64,000 bases of DNA, from contig OZ024742.1 of the NCBI GenBank assembly GCA_964016885.1, forward strand, positions 248,496,001 to 248,560,000, written 5' to 3'. This stretch comes from Eledone cirrhosa. Taxonomy: Eukaryota. The notes under the pieces are model-generated. The model was not told the origin of the DNA. It saw only the letters and a program-made list of their open reading frames with translations, and ran no database searches. Of this stretch, positions 1-14,320 are shown piece by piece. Positions within the stretch are counted from its first letter, which is position 1. Every line of letters starts with the position of its first letter. A program made the translations under genes and the position numbers.

Positions 1-239
1 CAAAAATATCAGTATCTTCAACAGCATCGAGAAGAACAACAGTATATTTACAAAATGCAAACAACTTTTATGTATTATGTAACAGCAGTGAACCTGTCAA
101 CTAGCTAGCTAACCTCTCAGTCATCCTGCCAGCTCTGCAGCCAACAAGCCCCCACATCAAACTGTCAGATAGACAAACAGCTAACCAAACAGTCAGCTAG
201 GGAGCCAATTAGTCTCACATTTAGCAAACAGATTATTTG

Positions 240-3200
240 CAGTCACCTGTAAAACACTGGGAAATGTCTCCTATCAAGAATACTAGATAGACGTGTGCAG
301 ATATATGGCAGAACAATGATCACAAAGTCGTACTTCAGAATCCATCACAGGTAATGGAGAATCTACGTCTCCTCAAAATAACTAAGTATACCATAGGCGC
401 AATTCTTGATGTGAGGTAAACACCACGTAGCATGGCATTGAAAAGGTTTTGGGGTTCGTGCTAAAGTATAAAGCTCTCGTATGGTGAAGAAAGATATTTG
501 CAACTGTGGATGTGAGGTTTCCCGTCGTAGAACTGGATAAACCCCATTAATTAGCGACGAATTCATCATCACTCACTTCTGCTCAGGCCAAAGTTTGGTA
601 AAAGTCAGGCTGATACATGTGCCACCCGAAATAGCCTATCGAGTGTCGCTGGTGATATCGAGGATCCATCCACCATCCAATATGTCTATAGAGTGAGGAG
701 GCAAATAGTCATAGTTATAATGGAAACCCTATTAATTTCCTCAGATATGACGTCCAACAAAACCAGTGGCATTCGTTACTTCAACAACAGCTGCCATAAC
801 AGAATTATCAAAGATGTGAATATCTTCCTGAATACATGTGAAAGATCGGTGACGGCATCGCCTGTACCCTCACCAGAGAAAGTGGTTAAACCAGAAGCAA
901 TAGTCACGGGGACAACTGCTAGGCAGGCAGAATAAAAAACAGCAGCCAATGGGAAAGCAAGTTCCACAACATCGACTACAGAACTCCCTCCCCAACACAA
1001 ACATTACATCTATAGAAAAGTCTCTTTCCAATTCTGAATTCCTGAACATGTCCTGTTATGATAGGGATATGAATGGGAGGAAAAGCAAAACTCTTCCCAA
1101 AATAGTGAGGAAACAATAAAAGAAAAAAAGGAAAGACAAAACTTAGGACATAAGATGTGTAGGCAGGAGAAAAGTAATACCAACAACAACAACAACAACT
1201 ACAACAACACCAGCCACAATAACTACGGAAAACACCAATACGACAAACACCAACAAAAAAATGAAACCACAACCCCATCCACTCCCACATCAGCAACAAG
1301 AGAGGCCCCGCAACACGTCCAAAAGACATTTCAATTCAAGCACTCGATAAACAACGAAATAATTAACAATATATATGTCAACAGACCAATATTATACAAA
1401 AAGGATTATGTACCACCAACAATAAACTTACCATACACACAAAAAATCATTAGAAGCAAGCATAGTACACATTCACAAGCCTAAAACTAAAATTCCCCAG
1501 CAGAATTGTTCACTTCCGCAAAACAGATGGTCATCGAAGTAATATACATCGAATTATTCGTGGAGACATCCACATTTAGCCGGAAAAACGAGCCAGCCGT
1601 TCCTTCAAAAAATATAAGGTAAGTGATCCTTCTCACTTCCCTGCTCCAAAATGGCCTTACTCGGAATAGGCAGTCTAAATGGTCATGGGTTAAGAATGCT
1701 TTGGAACCAAAGTCACCTGTTCAACGCCACTAAGTCAATAAACTTAGATGCAATGGCCATCAGTGAGACCAGCATTTCCAGTTTCGAAGCCTAAGAAGTT
1801 TACTCAACTCGCATCTATCCCTGATCTAAAGGCGGAGTCGCTGTGTTGCTTCGGAATAGTCTGGATCTTACGATAGGAACCACCTTCCTGATCCAAGAAG
1901 GTAAGTCAGCAGTGCTGGACCTGGCCACAGATGTCCATTTGTGTCTCGACAGAAGAGGAACTGTCAGATTTCTTGAGGCGTCAGGAGACCTTTTTAGGAA
2001 GGGCAGTATTTTCCTTGTGAGAGAGCAAATGGCTCATAGATGCCCCGCTGAGATTTCATGGGGCTAGCATTTAGGGGTGGATGGTGTAAAAGCATTGAAA
2101 AACTACTCTAATATTTCTCACACTCTGACGTCTACCGATTTGATTTCCCGTATTAAACATCGTGGATCTGGTCGAATGGCATCGGATCATGCATATCCTA
2201 CCAAGATAAAGTATTTTGTATTACAGTAGATAGGGATAGAACTCATTGGCAACAATTTAAAGAGGGTATTTACACATATCACAGATTCATGATATCCTCC
2301 TAGGTATGTTCGATAGATAAGAACTCGCTTATTGAAAGCTGAAAGCGTCACTCAAGGTATTCAGACCTTACAGAAACCAGATTAACGAACTGATTAAATG
2401 GTTGTTAAAGGGAAGTTATCCTCTTCATCAATTGCTGTTTCATCGTGGGTGGGGTCATTTGGATAGAATCCAAATGATGTCGGAAACGAGAAACAGAAGG
2501 CGTGCGTTTTCATAATTAGATTTCATGATTTTGACCAAGGTGATAAGCAAAATATTGAGGCTTGGCGTCGTTGTCTGGCTAGATAGAGGAACACAAGGCC
2601 TATGCCAAAACAGGGATATCAATGAAAAGCTCTAACTCATACGATACATCATAGGGCGTTTAAGTAAGGAACTACCATTGATGAAGTTCTGATCAACCTG
2701 GATCCATCGAAAGCTTCCATACGGTCCACCGCTATTAACTGCCATGTCTCTTCAAGGCGGCCGATTTCTGTACCATCTAAAGGAGGTAGATCGTTACAAT
2801 ATTCAACGTTATCTTTTAGTTGGGCAGAGAGAATTGTCACCTATTGAAGCCGTTCAGTATCATCTTGCATGTTCTAACTCTAGCGCCATAACTGTACGGT
2901 ATGACCATATGAGCTTCCTTTGTGAAATAGGAGGCTGTAGATCCGGCACTAATTATGCCGAATCCGAAAGGTATCGAAGGGATCGGCATCGCGATCGGTG
3001 AAACAATCCTTTGGTGCTCCATAGAGGTTTAATAGCGGGGAAATGTGATGGCGCCCTTGGGATTACTCTGGACGTGGAAGAAGATCTCTTAACCGCTTTG
3101 ATCTGGAGAACTGACTGATAAACTACAGATATTCCTGACTTGCCTGCGCTACTTTTCGTTTCGTGATAAGATTCATCCAATGTCAGAGCATTGCTGATGT

Positions 3201-3663
3201 GTAAAGTTACGTCCAACAGCTTCTTTCGCCTGTAGGATGGATCCGGCTATCGGCTGAGTCTATCACGAAATCCGTCCGCTATCTTGCTTCAATCAGGAAG
3301 AAGAGGCATTTCTCATTTGCCCAGTGGACATAGCGAGAATGATTGTGCGTCGCATGGGATTGAAAAGGTTCATGTTAATTATATTCTACTTCAGCAGAAG
3401 CGGTGATTAACTTTTACAAGGTTCACATGATTAAGAAAAAGAGTTGGGAACCATTTTTTTAAAGTCTGATGAGATTGACACGGGGTGCTCAGAAGTTCGA
3501 GAACGTTGATAGTTTGAATTTTATGTTGGTTCCTATATATTTACACGAAAACAAACTCTATTCTGTGTCTTCCTGCAACATCCTTCCTATATATCCCTAT
3601 ATCACCGCTTGGATCCTTAATATTTTCTTCTCATGTTAAATAAGATGAATCATTATTATTATT
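240..3663 (+). mobile_element. Highly decayed Tx1/L1-like LINE (ORF1 remnant + APE-RT ORF2 remnant)
   Basis: ORF1-like VKVRLIHVPPEI near 597-633; APE N-terminus MALLGIGSLNGHGLR near 1651 and LDAMAISET near 1744, paralleling MAILREGSLNIRGL at 19453; ends in an (ATT)n tail near 3650. Many stops and frameshifts. Confidence 0.7.
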
Positions 3664-3861
3664 AGAGCGTTGGATTGGCAGTATCGTTAGAGGGTTGGAC
3701 GCCATGCTTTCCAGTATAGAGTTATGCCCCTTTATGGTCTGAGTTCAAATCTTGCCGAAGTTAACTCAGCCTTTCATCCTTACAGGGTCGATAAAATAAA
3801 GTACCAGTAATGCACTGGAATAATTGCTGGCCTTGTGCCAATAGCAGAAACAATTATTATT
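3664..3861 (+). mobile_element. tRNA-derived SINE (octopus-type family)
   Basis: A-box-like TGGCAGTATCGTTAGAG, B-box GAGTTCAAATC, body GCCTTTCATCC..GGGTCGATAAAATAAAGTACCAG, tail GGCCTTGTGCC..AGAAACAATTATT; many copies in the window. Confidence 0.85.
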
Positions 3862-3955
3862 GCAGATGTTTTTGCTATTTTGTTCCGTTTTCCTGAGTGT
3901 ACATACATACTTACATACTTACATACACAGAAAGAGAGACACCCCACACACAGTA

Positions 3956-4845
3956 CAGGATGCGGACGATATTTGTTCGCAATTTTCAACTGCTAATTTT
4001 ATGCAAATTCTTTTTACTTCCGTTGTCACTCTTGTGTTCATAAAAACAGTGACTATATTTCCATTATTTATTTTCAGAATAATTGATTATGAATAGTGTT
4101 GAACCTCCAACTTTTTGGAAGAGACACGGAGTTCTTCTTGGAATCCGCGCCGGGAGGAAGAATAAGACCAGAAGATCAACTCCCAGAGCAACATGTGGCT
4201 CGCTGTCTCATCCAAATACGTGCCCAGAGTCATGCAGACAAAGTTTCCAACGACAACATTGGTCTTAGGTGTCGTCAGCAGTCAAGGTGACGTATGCCAC
4301 CTCACTTCTTCCCTGAGGGCCTCAAGCTGAACACCGATGACTACATCCGCGTTCTGGGCGAGGTAGTAAAGCCCTGGATCGACCAAGTAACTGCAGATAG
4401 GCCGTACGTGTGGCAGCAAGATTCAGCGCCCTGACTTACCAGCCGAAAGACCCAAGCTTGGCTGTCAGAGAACTTCGTCGACCACACTTCACCTGACATC
4501 TGGCCTCCCAGCTCGCCTGACTGCAACCCCCTCGACTTCTTTATGTGGGGCGCAGTGGAAAGAGACACCAACAGATCTAGCTGCAATACAAAAGACGATC
4601 TGAAGGCCAGGATCACAAGTGCCTTTAAGGGCCTAAGTCGGGGGGACAGTGACGAAGGCCTGTAGCCGCTTCCGAGGCCGCCTTACGGCTGTCATCAAAG
4701 CCAATGACGGGTTTATCGAGTGAGATCGAAAGAACAAGTCATGAAGATAAACTGACCACAGTTTGATAAATATACCTTAAAAAATAAAACCACTGTTACT
4801 CTTCCCTAGACAGTAACCTTGCGAACAAATATCCTCCGCACCCTG
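3956..4845 (+). mobile_element. Tc1/mariner superfamily, DD37D (maT/Bmmar1-like) transposon, internally deleted
   Basis: 27-bp TIRs at 3956-3982 and 4819-4845 (2 mismatches), TA on both flanks; transposase remnant WQQDSAP*...WPPSSPDCNPLDFFMWG with 37 residues between the second and third catalytic D. Confidence 0.9.
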
Positions 4846-5157
4846 TACATATATGGCTGTGTGCATGCATGTTTATGTATGCATGTATATATATATATAT
4901 ATATTTATATATATGCCTGTTTACGCATTTTAATACAGTACTTGAAGCTTATCTTAGCTTTGACATTCACACATGATATGGCTCCTTTCAAATGCTCTTT
5001 TTTTGATTTAAGGCTTGTATAGAATCAATTTTACAGATTCAAACAAAAGAGGGTACTTATATTCACACATACGTTTGCATGTAGATATATTGAAAAAACT
5101 ATTGCAATAAATATATCTTTATATATTCACGCCTAAATATATATACATACACAAATA

Positions 5158-5205
<48 letters not shown>

Positions 5206-5222
5206 ATTAGTATATATATATT

Positions 5223-5301
<79 letters not shown>

Positions 5302-5331
5302 AGATCAAAAGATGGTTAAAGGAGTTCCATG

Positions 5332-5402
5332 TATTTTATTATGCGCATTTCAAAAACAAACATCATCATGCAATAATATTTGTGTTTTCATCAGATAAAA
5401 CA
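5332..5402 (-). ncRNA. Type I hammerhead ribozyme motif
   Basis: Minus strand reads TGTTTTAT-CTGATGA-[AAACACAAATATTAT..ATGATGATGTTTGTTTTT hairpin]-GAAA-TGCGCA-TA-ATAAAATA; located in a ~165-bp insert between (TA)n tracts. Confidence 0.8.
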
Positions 5403-5459
5403 GGAGAACATGATATGAAGGCTAAAAAACATTTGTGGATAGTGCAGTTTTAAATCAAC

Positions 5460-5546
<87 letters not shown>

Positions 5547-5551
5547 TGTGT

Positions 5552-5588
<37 letters not shown>

Positions 5589-6515
5589 TAGATAGATAGA
5601 AATATGTATAAATATATATATGTGTGCGTGTCTGTTTGTTTATATATGTATATATATATATATATATATATGTAAATATATACACATCCACACATGTACG
5701 TGCACACGCACTCTCGTGTTTACTTGTGTATTGTTTCGTTACAATGAAGACATAGCATAGCGCCCGTTATATATTTATTTCATGTCTATTTTTCCCTTTT
5801 TCGAGTTAGTTGTGTTTTTGTATCTCATATAATATTATTTATATTTGATTGTTTCAAAGACAAACCAAACACACGTGCCATGATGATATACCCAGGTACA
5901 CATACACAACATCACTATGAACGTATGCACCACTCCAATAATACATATGACATACGCACATACATACAATTTAGACTTCAATTCAAGACAAATACTAACA
6001 TGCCCAACCCATTCCCCCACATGCACCAATTTTTTTCTCTTCTATTTATGAACCCCTTCTTTGAGTTTCCTATACCCATGATGAAGGAATAACATCCGGC
6101 ACATTGAACTTTCCTCTTTTTGCTTTATCTTTCAAGCGTGAAACTAATAAGGCTATTGTTATTTTAACGCTGTATTCGTCCTCCCTTTAACTACAAGTAT
6201 GTTCATATATATATAGAAAGAGATTCACATATACACACACACACACACACACACAAACACAGACAAACACCCCCTCCCCATATATATATATATATATATA
6301 AATAAGAGATGTCAACATGAATGGACCTGTTATTTTTATCTCACGACATTTTTTCCAATTCACAAATAGAGATAGAATGTTAAAAGTAAATGATACATGA
6401 GTAGCTAAATTTCAATTTTTTGAAAGAGATTATCTTGTCAATTTTCTACAAGTCAAAGAAAAATTATATTTAAACGTCACGTCTTCCATTACACGAAACT
6501 TGGCAGTTAAACATA

Positions 6516-6974
6516 TCTAAACTATAATAAAGTAAGAAGCGCGGGATTGCGTACGGTTCAGAATTTGTTTACACCTTAGTAAAATAAGTTGGATTACTTT
6601 GAATAAATAATGAATGAATATTACATAATTTATCTACTATATTTCGTGGCTGTTCATTCAATATATTTTATTATTTATCTCTAAGATTCACTTCTTTAAA
6701 ATTTTCAAATGTCAACCTTCTGGTGGCGATCGCTTAAATAAAAGTACTAATTTTCTTCTAATGCAGTTTATATATAATATCGTTTTTTTTTTATGTATCA
6801 TGGATTAGGTTACTGATTACATAAGAGATGTAACAGTCTTCGTTCAATTTCTATGTATATTGTCAATTCCGATTTTATTTGATGTATCTACATATATATA
6901 TATTTGCGTATAATATCAATATACACACCACACATGCTAGCAGAAAACCACCCGAAGGGTGGTTTTTCTGCTAG
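6516..6974 (+). mobile_element. Non-autonomous Helitron-like element
   Basis: A|TC..TATAATAAAG start, hairpin and CTAG|T end; homologous second copy at 61375-61883. Confidence 0.7.
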
Positions 6975-7959
6975 TGTTTATAATAGACTAAAAAACTAAA
7001 AGATCGTACTCTTTCTACTTTTACGTTTATAAATTTTATACTATCTTCTATGTAATAATATTTTAAAAACCTATAATATTGATACTTCATTATTTTAGTG
7101 GTGAATTAATGAATTAAGCAAAATTCGAAAATAAAGTGTTTATGATTTTTTCTGAAAATTGTGATAGCATGTTTAGAATTCCAATTTATTTTTCGTCGGG
7201 CTTCCCGTAGGTGTGATATTTATAAGTATCTCAGTTTAAATTAACATCCAGGAAAATATGAACACTGTGAGCAGTAATCAACCATCATCCCTAAATATAA
7301 TTATTTCATTTTATCAATGCGATATATCCTTAATCGATCAAACTGATTACAAGTGGTTGTTAAGGTAGAGCTCCAACATCAAACACCGTTCAAAATATAA
7401 ATCTAATAATTTAATCATGCTCGAAAATGACAACTCATGGACACATCTACAGCTGATCAATTTTTATTTTGACTAAAAGCTATTTTTCAAAGAATAGATA
7501 AAATTACATAACCTTCATTAATCCTGATAGTAGGTTCACTATTTGTAACCAGATCACCAAGAAAGTCTAAAATTCTTTATAGTTCTATTCATTGGTTATA
7601 AAAGGATATATTTCCATTATATCGAATTCTAAACCAATGAACGTGAAACCTTTTTATTGTTTACATTTAATCATATTGAATCTCGACTATTCTAACCGAC
7701 TAAATCTAGCATACATTCAGACGTGTCAATTAACCTATATATGGGATTTCTAATGATCCTGATTTGTGGAGTTAAATGTAACGTAAGATTTTAAATATAA
7801 ATAGTTTTCTATGTCATGTATTTCGAGGTAAGCAGACACCATATTGAATTCCACATTTATTAAATGGTATGCTTCCTTGTCAGCGTTATTCTTTTTAAAT
7901 GCTACTACTTATATTAATATATAATAATATGTAGTACGGCTCAAAAGGCGCCTATCACC

Positions 7960-9560
7960 ACAGGTATGACGTTAACCTTTTTCAACTTCCACAGTCAAGT
8001 AATCGTATATTGGATTATAATTATTCTCCTTTTTACGTGGGAATGTGAGCCATGAGAGAGATAGCTACTGACTCCTGAAACATTCCATACACCATGCCCT
8101 TCTGGAATATGTGGTTCCTAATATCATTAGTTTCGATAGCTTGGTCTTGAGCAGCTATGATAATAGTTACCGGTTTTTTAAACCAATCCCATATATGTTT
8201 GCTTCTTAGTTCTCTTGTTCATTGTACAACTTGTCCATCTAATTCTTTCTGCACCTCTAGAATGCATAAAGCATTTTTTTATATTTTATCTTAATTTTCT
8301 TTCCCTTTCCTTTCGTTAATACCAGTTCTTTTTTTACCGATTTGATCGGTCTTTCCTGGCTTCGTTCAAAGTTATTAACCATGATTTTCTTTTCCATAAT
8401 CGCACTGTCTTAACATTTCGAAAAGTCCTCATTCTCAATCTCTCCTCCTCAGGTACAGCCGGCTCACGTCAGTGCGTGGATGATGGGCGCCATGCATAGC
8501 CAATAATTGCTTGGAGCTCCCCTTTGGGTCAGCTATAACACTAGCTACAAACCTTATCACAGAAATGGCTCTTGAACTAATTGCTATTGTCATGTTTCTT
8601 CTAGTTAGTTTTCTCTTAATGATATTCCGGAATCTTCTGAATTACTCAGTATCTATTATCTCCTTCATTTTCGTTTGGTGTAATTCATCACTTCCGAAAC
8701 AGCCAAATAATTGTAGCAACAACCCACCTATATCGATTGTTTGTGCTCTCCATTTGGCATCTTAATTCCATTTTCATGGTCAGCACAGAAAAGTTTGTCA
8801 ATACAAACCCCATTCTAATATCCTCAGAAAATTATAAATTTGAATTAAGCTGCCAGTTAATTAAGCTGTCCAGTTAACTTTCCATTCGTTCGACTTATAT
8901 CATAAACAGATTTTACATCTTTCAACATCCATGAAAGAGGAATAATTGCCCCCCAAAATAACAAGAGGGATATGATATCACATTGAAAAATTCCACAACT
9001 AATTTTATATTTCCTGAGAATTTACCTCCTGACATTAATTATGTGTTCCAACTAGGCATTCTTTGTTTCACAAAAATCGTCATATTGACAGCACAATCAA
9101 AATATCCATCGCCCTCAAAATGCAGCTGTGGGGCAACGTGCAATTCGCTTCTTTAGAATCTTTAGAAGTAAGGGCAAACATTTTCAGACTTCTTTGTAAC
9201 ACTTTATTACCATCTTGTCAAGCTGTAGGTGATATTTTGTACCTATACTACCTTTCTTACAAACGTTTTGCCCCAATGTTAATAATTCATGCACTATCAG
9301 GTGGTTATATAATTCCTCTGTCAAAATAGTAGTCAACAGCTTCCATACTAATGGTAGGCGTATAATAGACCTAAAGTGTCATTCCAACGATACATTTCCA
9401 CTTCTTGAACACATAATAGAATTTTACCAGTTGCCTTCCACATTGGTACATTCCCTTCTTGAAGACAAACATTAAACTAATCTTCTATTCTATCACGAAG
9501 AAAAGTAATTTTTGCATCTAATATCCCTGCAATCTACCAGATCCAGGTTCCATACAGTTA
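7960..9560 (-). mobile_element. Decayed R4/Dong-like retrotransposon remnant
   Basis: Minus-strand motifs MHGAHHPRTDVSRLYLRR (about 8440-8500) and IIAAQDQAIETN (about 8127-8162) match the better-preserved elements downstream. Confidence 0.6.
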
Positions 9561-9614
9561 GTTATATTACTGACCTTTTCCTTTAGGTTATCAATTATCA
9601 CTACTTATATGAAG

Positions 9615-10138
9615 CATTGTGTTTGTAGATTGTGCCTGTAAATTGTGTCTGGCGAAAGAAGTTGTCTGGTGGATGCGTTTGAAAGAGATGAAGACGAGCA
9701 CTTATCTCTTCGGTGATGCTCTCATTAACCTTTTCAAATTTCATATGAAGAGGAAAATCAGGATTGACAGAGAAGTGTTCCCATCCCACCAGTTTGTTGA
9801 AAGATGGGTGAGACAGGCAAGCATGGCCCGAGTGAATGGGCCTGCTCTGAGTATGCGACTGCAAATTGGAGGTTCAAAACTGGGAGAGGGCACTTGCCTT
9901 GGTCAGGGTCACCGTGGCTTTTTTCAAGGGCTTTCTCTACGAGTGACCCTCGGAAGTCTCCCACCTATTGGGGAATTTTGCTTTGTTTCCTTTTTTTGTT
10001 ATTTCCTTTGTTATTGTTTTTTACTTTACACGCAGAACTGCCCATTTGTGCCGTCCTTTACCATCCTGTTCTGTCCTTAACGTTATACTTTATAGCAACC
10101 CTTGCGGTTAATAAAGAAAGCATTATTATTATTATCAT
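9615..10138 (+). mobile_element. Tx1/L1-like LINE 3' fragment
   Basis: ORF 9619 contains KEVVWWMRLK..FKFHMKRKIRIDRE..FVERW, homologous to the 53.4-54.8 kb pieces; ends in AATAAA and an (ATT)n tail. Confidence 0.75.
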
Positions 10139-10142
10139 TTTT

Positions 10143-10345
10143 TTCATTTATCTTGCTTTATGTTCAGACGAGTTATCACCATGTCACAACCAGTGATCTA
10201 AAGAGACAAGAACATCCGCTATGTTCAAGAATGTACATATACACACATACATGTATCTTTAGGTGTTTAGACTGTTGATATATTTATATTGACAGAATCT
10301 TACTTAGTATATGGGCAGTTCCCATTAGTACTATCTTTTTATTAC
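10143..10345 (-). mobile_element. R4/Dong family A, short 3' fragment
   Basis: KKIVLMGTAHILSKILSI* plus a 3' UTR homologous to 10412-10610 and 14321-14515. Confidence 0.85.
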
Positions 10346-10353
10346 TATTATCA

Positions 10354-10411
<58 letters not shown>

Positions 10412-13400
10412 AGTTGCATTTATCTTGCTTTATGTTCATACGAGTTATCACCAAGTCACAACCAGTGACCTCAAGAGACAACAAGGTCCGCCATGTTCAT
10501 GGAAGAACATACATACTCACACATGCATCTTTAGTGTTTAGACTTGTGATGTACTTATATTGACAGAATCTTCCTTAGTATATGGGCAGTTCCCATTAGT
10601 ACTATCTTTTGTATTTCTCCTATACGCGGGTTTCCTGGGATCTGCGATAAGTAATCATTAGACCCCTTAGGTATCATTCCCAGAGCGCCTACAACCACTG
10701 GTATTGTTTTAGTTCTCAATTTCCACATTTTTCCTATTTCTATCTCCAGGTCCTTATACTTGCTCAATTTTTCAAATGTTTTTATAGATACATTCTTGTC
10801 TATTGGAACAGACATATCAATTAGCAGGCTACCCTCTTTTTAAAGTCCTCCAATATTATATCAGGTCTATTTGCATCTATTTTTCGGTCTGTTTGGATGC
10901 TAAAGTTCCACAAGATTGAGATGTGATCTTTTTCAAGTATGGGAGGTGGTTGATGCTCCCACCAATTCTTTTGATGGGGCAGGTCAAAATGCTTACACAT
11001 TATCCAATGTATGTATTGTGCAGCTCTGTCATGCCTGTTTAGGTATTCGGTTGGAGCTATAGGACTGCACATTGAAATTATATGGTCAATGGTCTCTGGT
11101 TGTTTTTTGCATACACGGCATAATGGGCTGCACCCATTTTTTATTATGTTGGCTTGGTAATTTTTTGTTGGCAGACACTGATCTTGTGCCGATATAATCA
11201 GTCCTTCAGTCTCCGATTTCAGTCCAGAGGATGCCAACCACTGATGGGTTAAAGTTTTGTCAACATCAGGATTGTTAGCTCGCTCTGGGTATTTTCCATA
11301 CAGAGGCTTTTCTTGCCATTTCTTAGCCAGTTTCTGTAGCAGTTCTTTCTTTGCAGTTACTTTTACCTGCTTTGCTTTTTCTGTGTTTTCCATTTCAGCA
11401 GTAAATGGGACTTCTGAAATTTGTAGTCCATTACTGTATCTTTGTGCATCTTTTGTAATGGAATATGATCTTTTCGTGTAATGGAATATGATCTTTTCGT
11501 GTTTCAAAACGAGTTTGATCATCCAATCATGTGATTCCCTTAGATATGTAGATAATCCAATTGTTGCAGTTTTCAACGCAATGTCTAACTGGATTAACCC
11601 ACGTCCTCCTTCTTTCCTAGGGAGATATATTCTAACTATATCTGCCTTAGGGTGATGCATTCTCTGCATGGTTAAGAATTTTCGAATTTTTGTATCGAGC
11701 TTACGGATCTCTGTGCTTGACCAGTTGATGACATTGTAACTGTAGGTTACTACTGGTATGGCAAGCGTGTTTATGGCATCGATCCTATTCCTTGCATTCA
11801 ATTCCGTTCTTAAGATTGCTCTTACTCTGCGGTAACATTCCTTCCTTATCCTTTCCCTCATTGTCGAGTGCTTGATTCCGTCTCCTTCACAAACACCTAG
11901 ATATTTGTAAGTTTTTTCTTGATCAAGTTCTCTTATCACGTTCCCCCGATCAAGATTAATGTCTGAACTCTTCAGCAGCTTTCCTCTGGTGAACGTTGCT
12001 TTGGCGCATTTATCTAGCCCAAACTCCATTTTAATGTCATCACTGAACTGCTTCACAGTGGATAATAGCCCTTGCAATTGTTCATCATTTTTTGCAAATA
12101 GTTTCAGGTCATCCATGTAGAACAGGTGATTAATGGTTTTGTCATAGACTTTATATCCATGTTTTGTTTCATTGATGGTATAAGTGCGATGCAGAATAGA
12201 AGCGGTGATAAAGAGTCACCCTGAAAAATTCCACAATTAATATTAACTTCTCCAGCTTCCAGTGATTTTGTTTCACTATTCAAAAGGAGTGTCGTTCTCC
12301 ATGTCCTCATACTGAATGACAAAAACCTCCTGACAACGGGGGATATTTTGAAAATCTCTAAACATTTTTCAATCCAACTGTGTGGCAAACTATCGAATGC
12401 TTTTTTATAATCTATCCAAGCAATCGATAGATTTTTGTGTCTATTATGACAATCTTCCAGTATCATTTTGTTAACCAGAAGCTGATCCTTACAGCCATAT
12501 GAGCCTCGTTTACACCCTTTCTGCTCAATGGGAAATAGGTCATTTGTTATCAGGTGGTCATATGTGTATTCAGTTAGGTCTGATGTTAACATTTTATACA
12601 TTGTGGTCAAGCAAGTTATCGGTCTGTAATTTTTGGGATTGTTTGTCTCATCATTCTTCGGAAGCAGGAATGTAATGCCGTTAACTAGCCATGATGGTAT
12701 CTTTTCTGGCTCCTTAACTATTTCATTGTAAAGTTGGGCTAACAGCTCATGAGACTCTGTGAAGGCATTTATCCAAAAGTTTTGTATTTTGTCTTTACCT
12801 GGGGATTTCCATTTGCTGGTTTTTCTTAGAGCCAAGCGCAACTGTTCAACTGTTATATTTTCCCATATGTGTTCCTCAAGGTGAGCTGTATCTTTCATTT
12901 GTCTGTCTATCAATGGGGCATGTATGTTATGAACTTTTTCTTCGGCCCAGATCTTTTCCCAGAATTCTTGCACTTCCTCCTTGGGTGGTATTGATTTAGC
13001 AGTTATTGTTGACTTACCAATTTTTCTGTAGAAGTTTCTTTGGTTGTTTTTGAACATATTATTGTCCTTATAGAATCTAGATCGTTTTTCAAAGCGCCTT
13101 ATACGAGCAGCTTTGGCCGACACTTTTTGCTTGATTATTTCTATCAGCATGTCTATGTCACATGTTGATTTTATTCTGTACTTTTTTTTCAATTTTCTAA
13201 GTTTAGTTTGTTTAACATGTTCACCTACTTTATAGTTTGTTAACATTTCTATGTCAGATCGGAGAAGGTTTATTTGGCGATTGATGTTATCTTGCAAAGT
13301 AGATTTCTTGTGGGAATTCCTTGTTTATTCATCTTCACTCCACATAAGTGAGTGGTGACTTTAGCCGATGCATAATAGAGATGATTTAAATCAGTAATGT

Positions 13401-14306
13401 TTAGTTTGTTTATGATGATAATGTTTTTGAGAATTATGTCAGTCTTGTGTATTATCTTTTGGTTCTGTTTGGAGTTCTGGATGTTAGGGAGGGTGTCTCG
13501 TTGCCCCATGTCAGATTCTTTCATTTTCATCCATTCGATCATAATTTCATCCTTCAAGTTGGCAAGTTCATTCTCATTCATTTCTTTATTATTTACGTTC
13601 TCATTATTTTCATTTGGAGTTTCATCCTGAGCATGCACTCCCTCCACTTTTTCGATCCTTTCTTTAATTTGTTCTGTTGCCAGTGATTCCACCCCAACCC
13701 TGGGGTTCGAAGTGTTACAGTTTACCTCGTTTTCACTGACACATGTTTCATTTTCCCTTCGCTGACTTTGTGCTAATAGCTTGATCTGATCAATTTCTAT
13801 ATCAGTTAGTAACTTTTTTCTTACAATATTTCTTCGTATATTGGCTAGTTTGTTACTGTCAATATAACCTCTGTTTTCGGGATGTTTCTTTTTCCAGTTG
13901 ATATATGTCTGTTCTGTATTCAATGTATTTGATGAGTAGTACATGGCAGTGTAGAAAGCCTCAAGGACTTCTTTATTATCTTCCCTTGACCATTTTTCTC
14001 TCTTTTTCTTTGGATTTCTTGGTGGTGAGCATGGAGGGCCATCAGTAGGAGTATTCCGGTTATGGGAGGTCTCCAGCTCCGAAGTGATGGGAAAGTTTGA
14101 ACCATTAGCTGATTTTTCGACCCCAGTCTGGTTCCTCTCTGAGGGACGCGGCCCTTTTTTACCCGGGTGACGGCCGATCCGGTATGAGATTTTATCATTA
14201 GACATTTACTTTATTTTGTCGCGTTTTATCCTTATCCGCCAAGGGGTAATCATTTCGTGTTACCACTTCTAGAACGAGTGTCAACCAAGACTAGAGGGGT
14301 CGTTCT
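10412..14306 (-). mobile_element. R4/Dong-clade non-LTR retrotransposon (RT + RLE), family A copy 1, frameshifted
   Basis: ORFs 13270-14205, 12104-13297, 10821-12116 and 10555-10815 join into one protein with KDQLL, AWIDYKKAFDS, QGDSLSP, YMDDLK, CRVC..H..C, RHD and RPDI..D..K..KY (RLE); flanked by (TAA)n. Confidence 0.9.
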
Positions 14307-14320
14307 ATTATTATTATTAT

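Noticed and set aside
3664-3760. SINE heads as tRNA genes
   Set aside because: They have A/B boxes but no complete cloverleaf and are always fused to the SINE body and tail.
6075-6110. ATGATGA-AGGA..TCC-GGCAC hammerhead-like remnant; a similar weak case lies at about 60670-60757 (-)
   Set aside because: Several core mismatches; not supportable without a family consensus.
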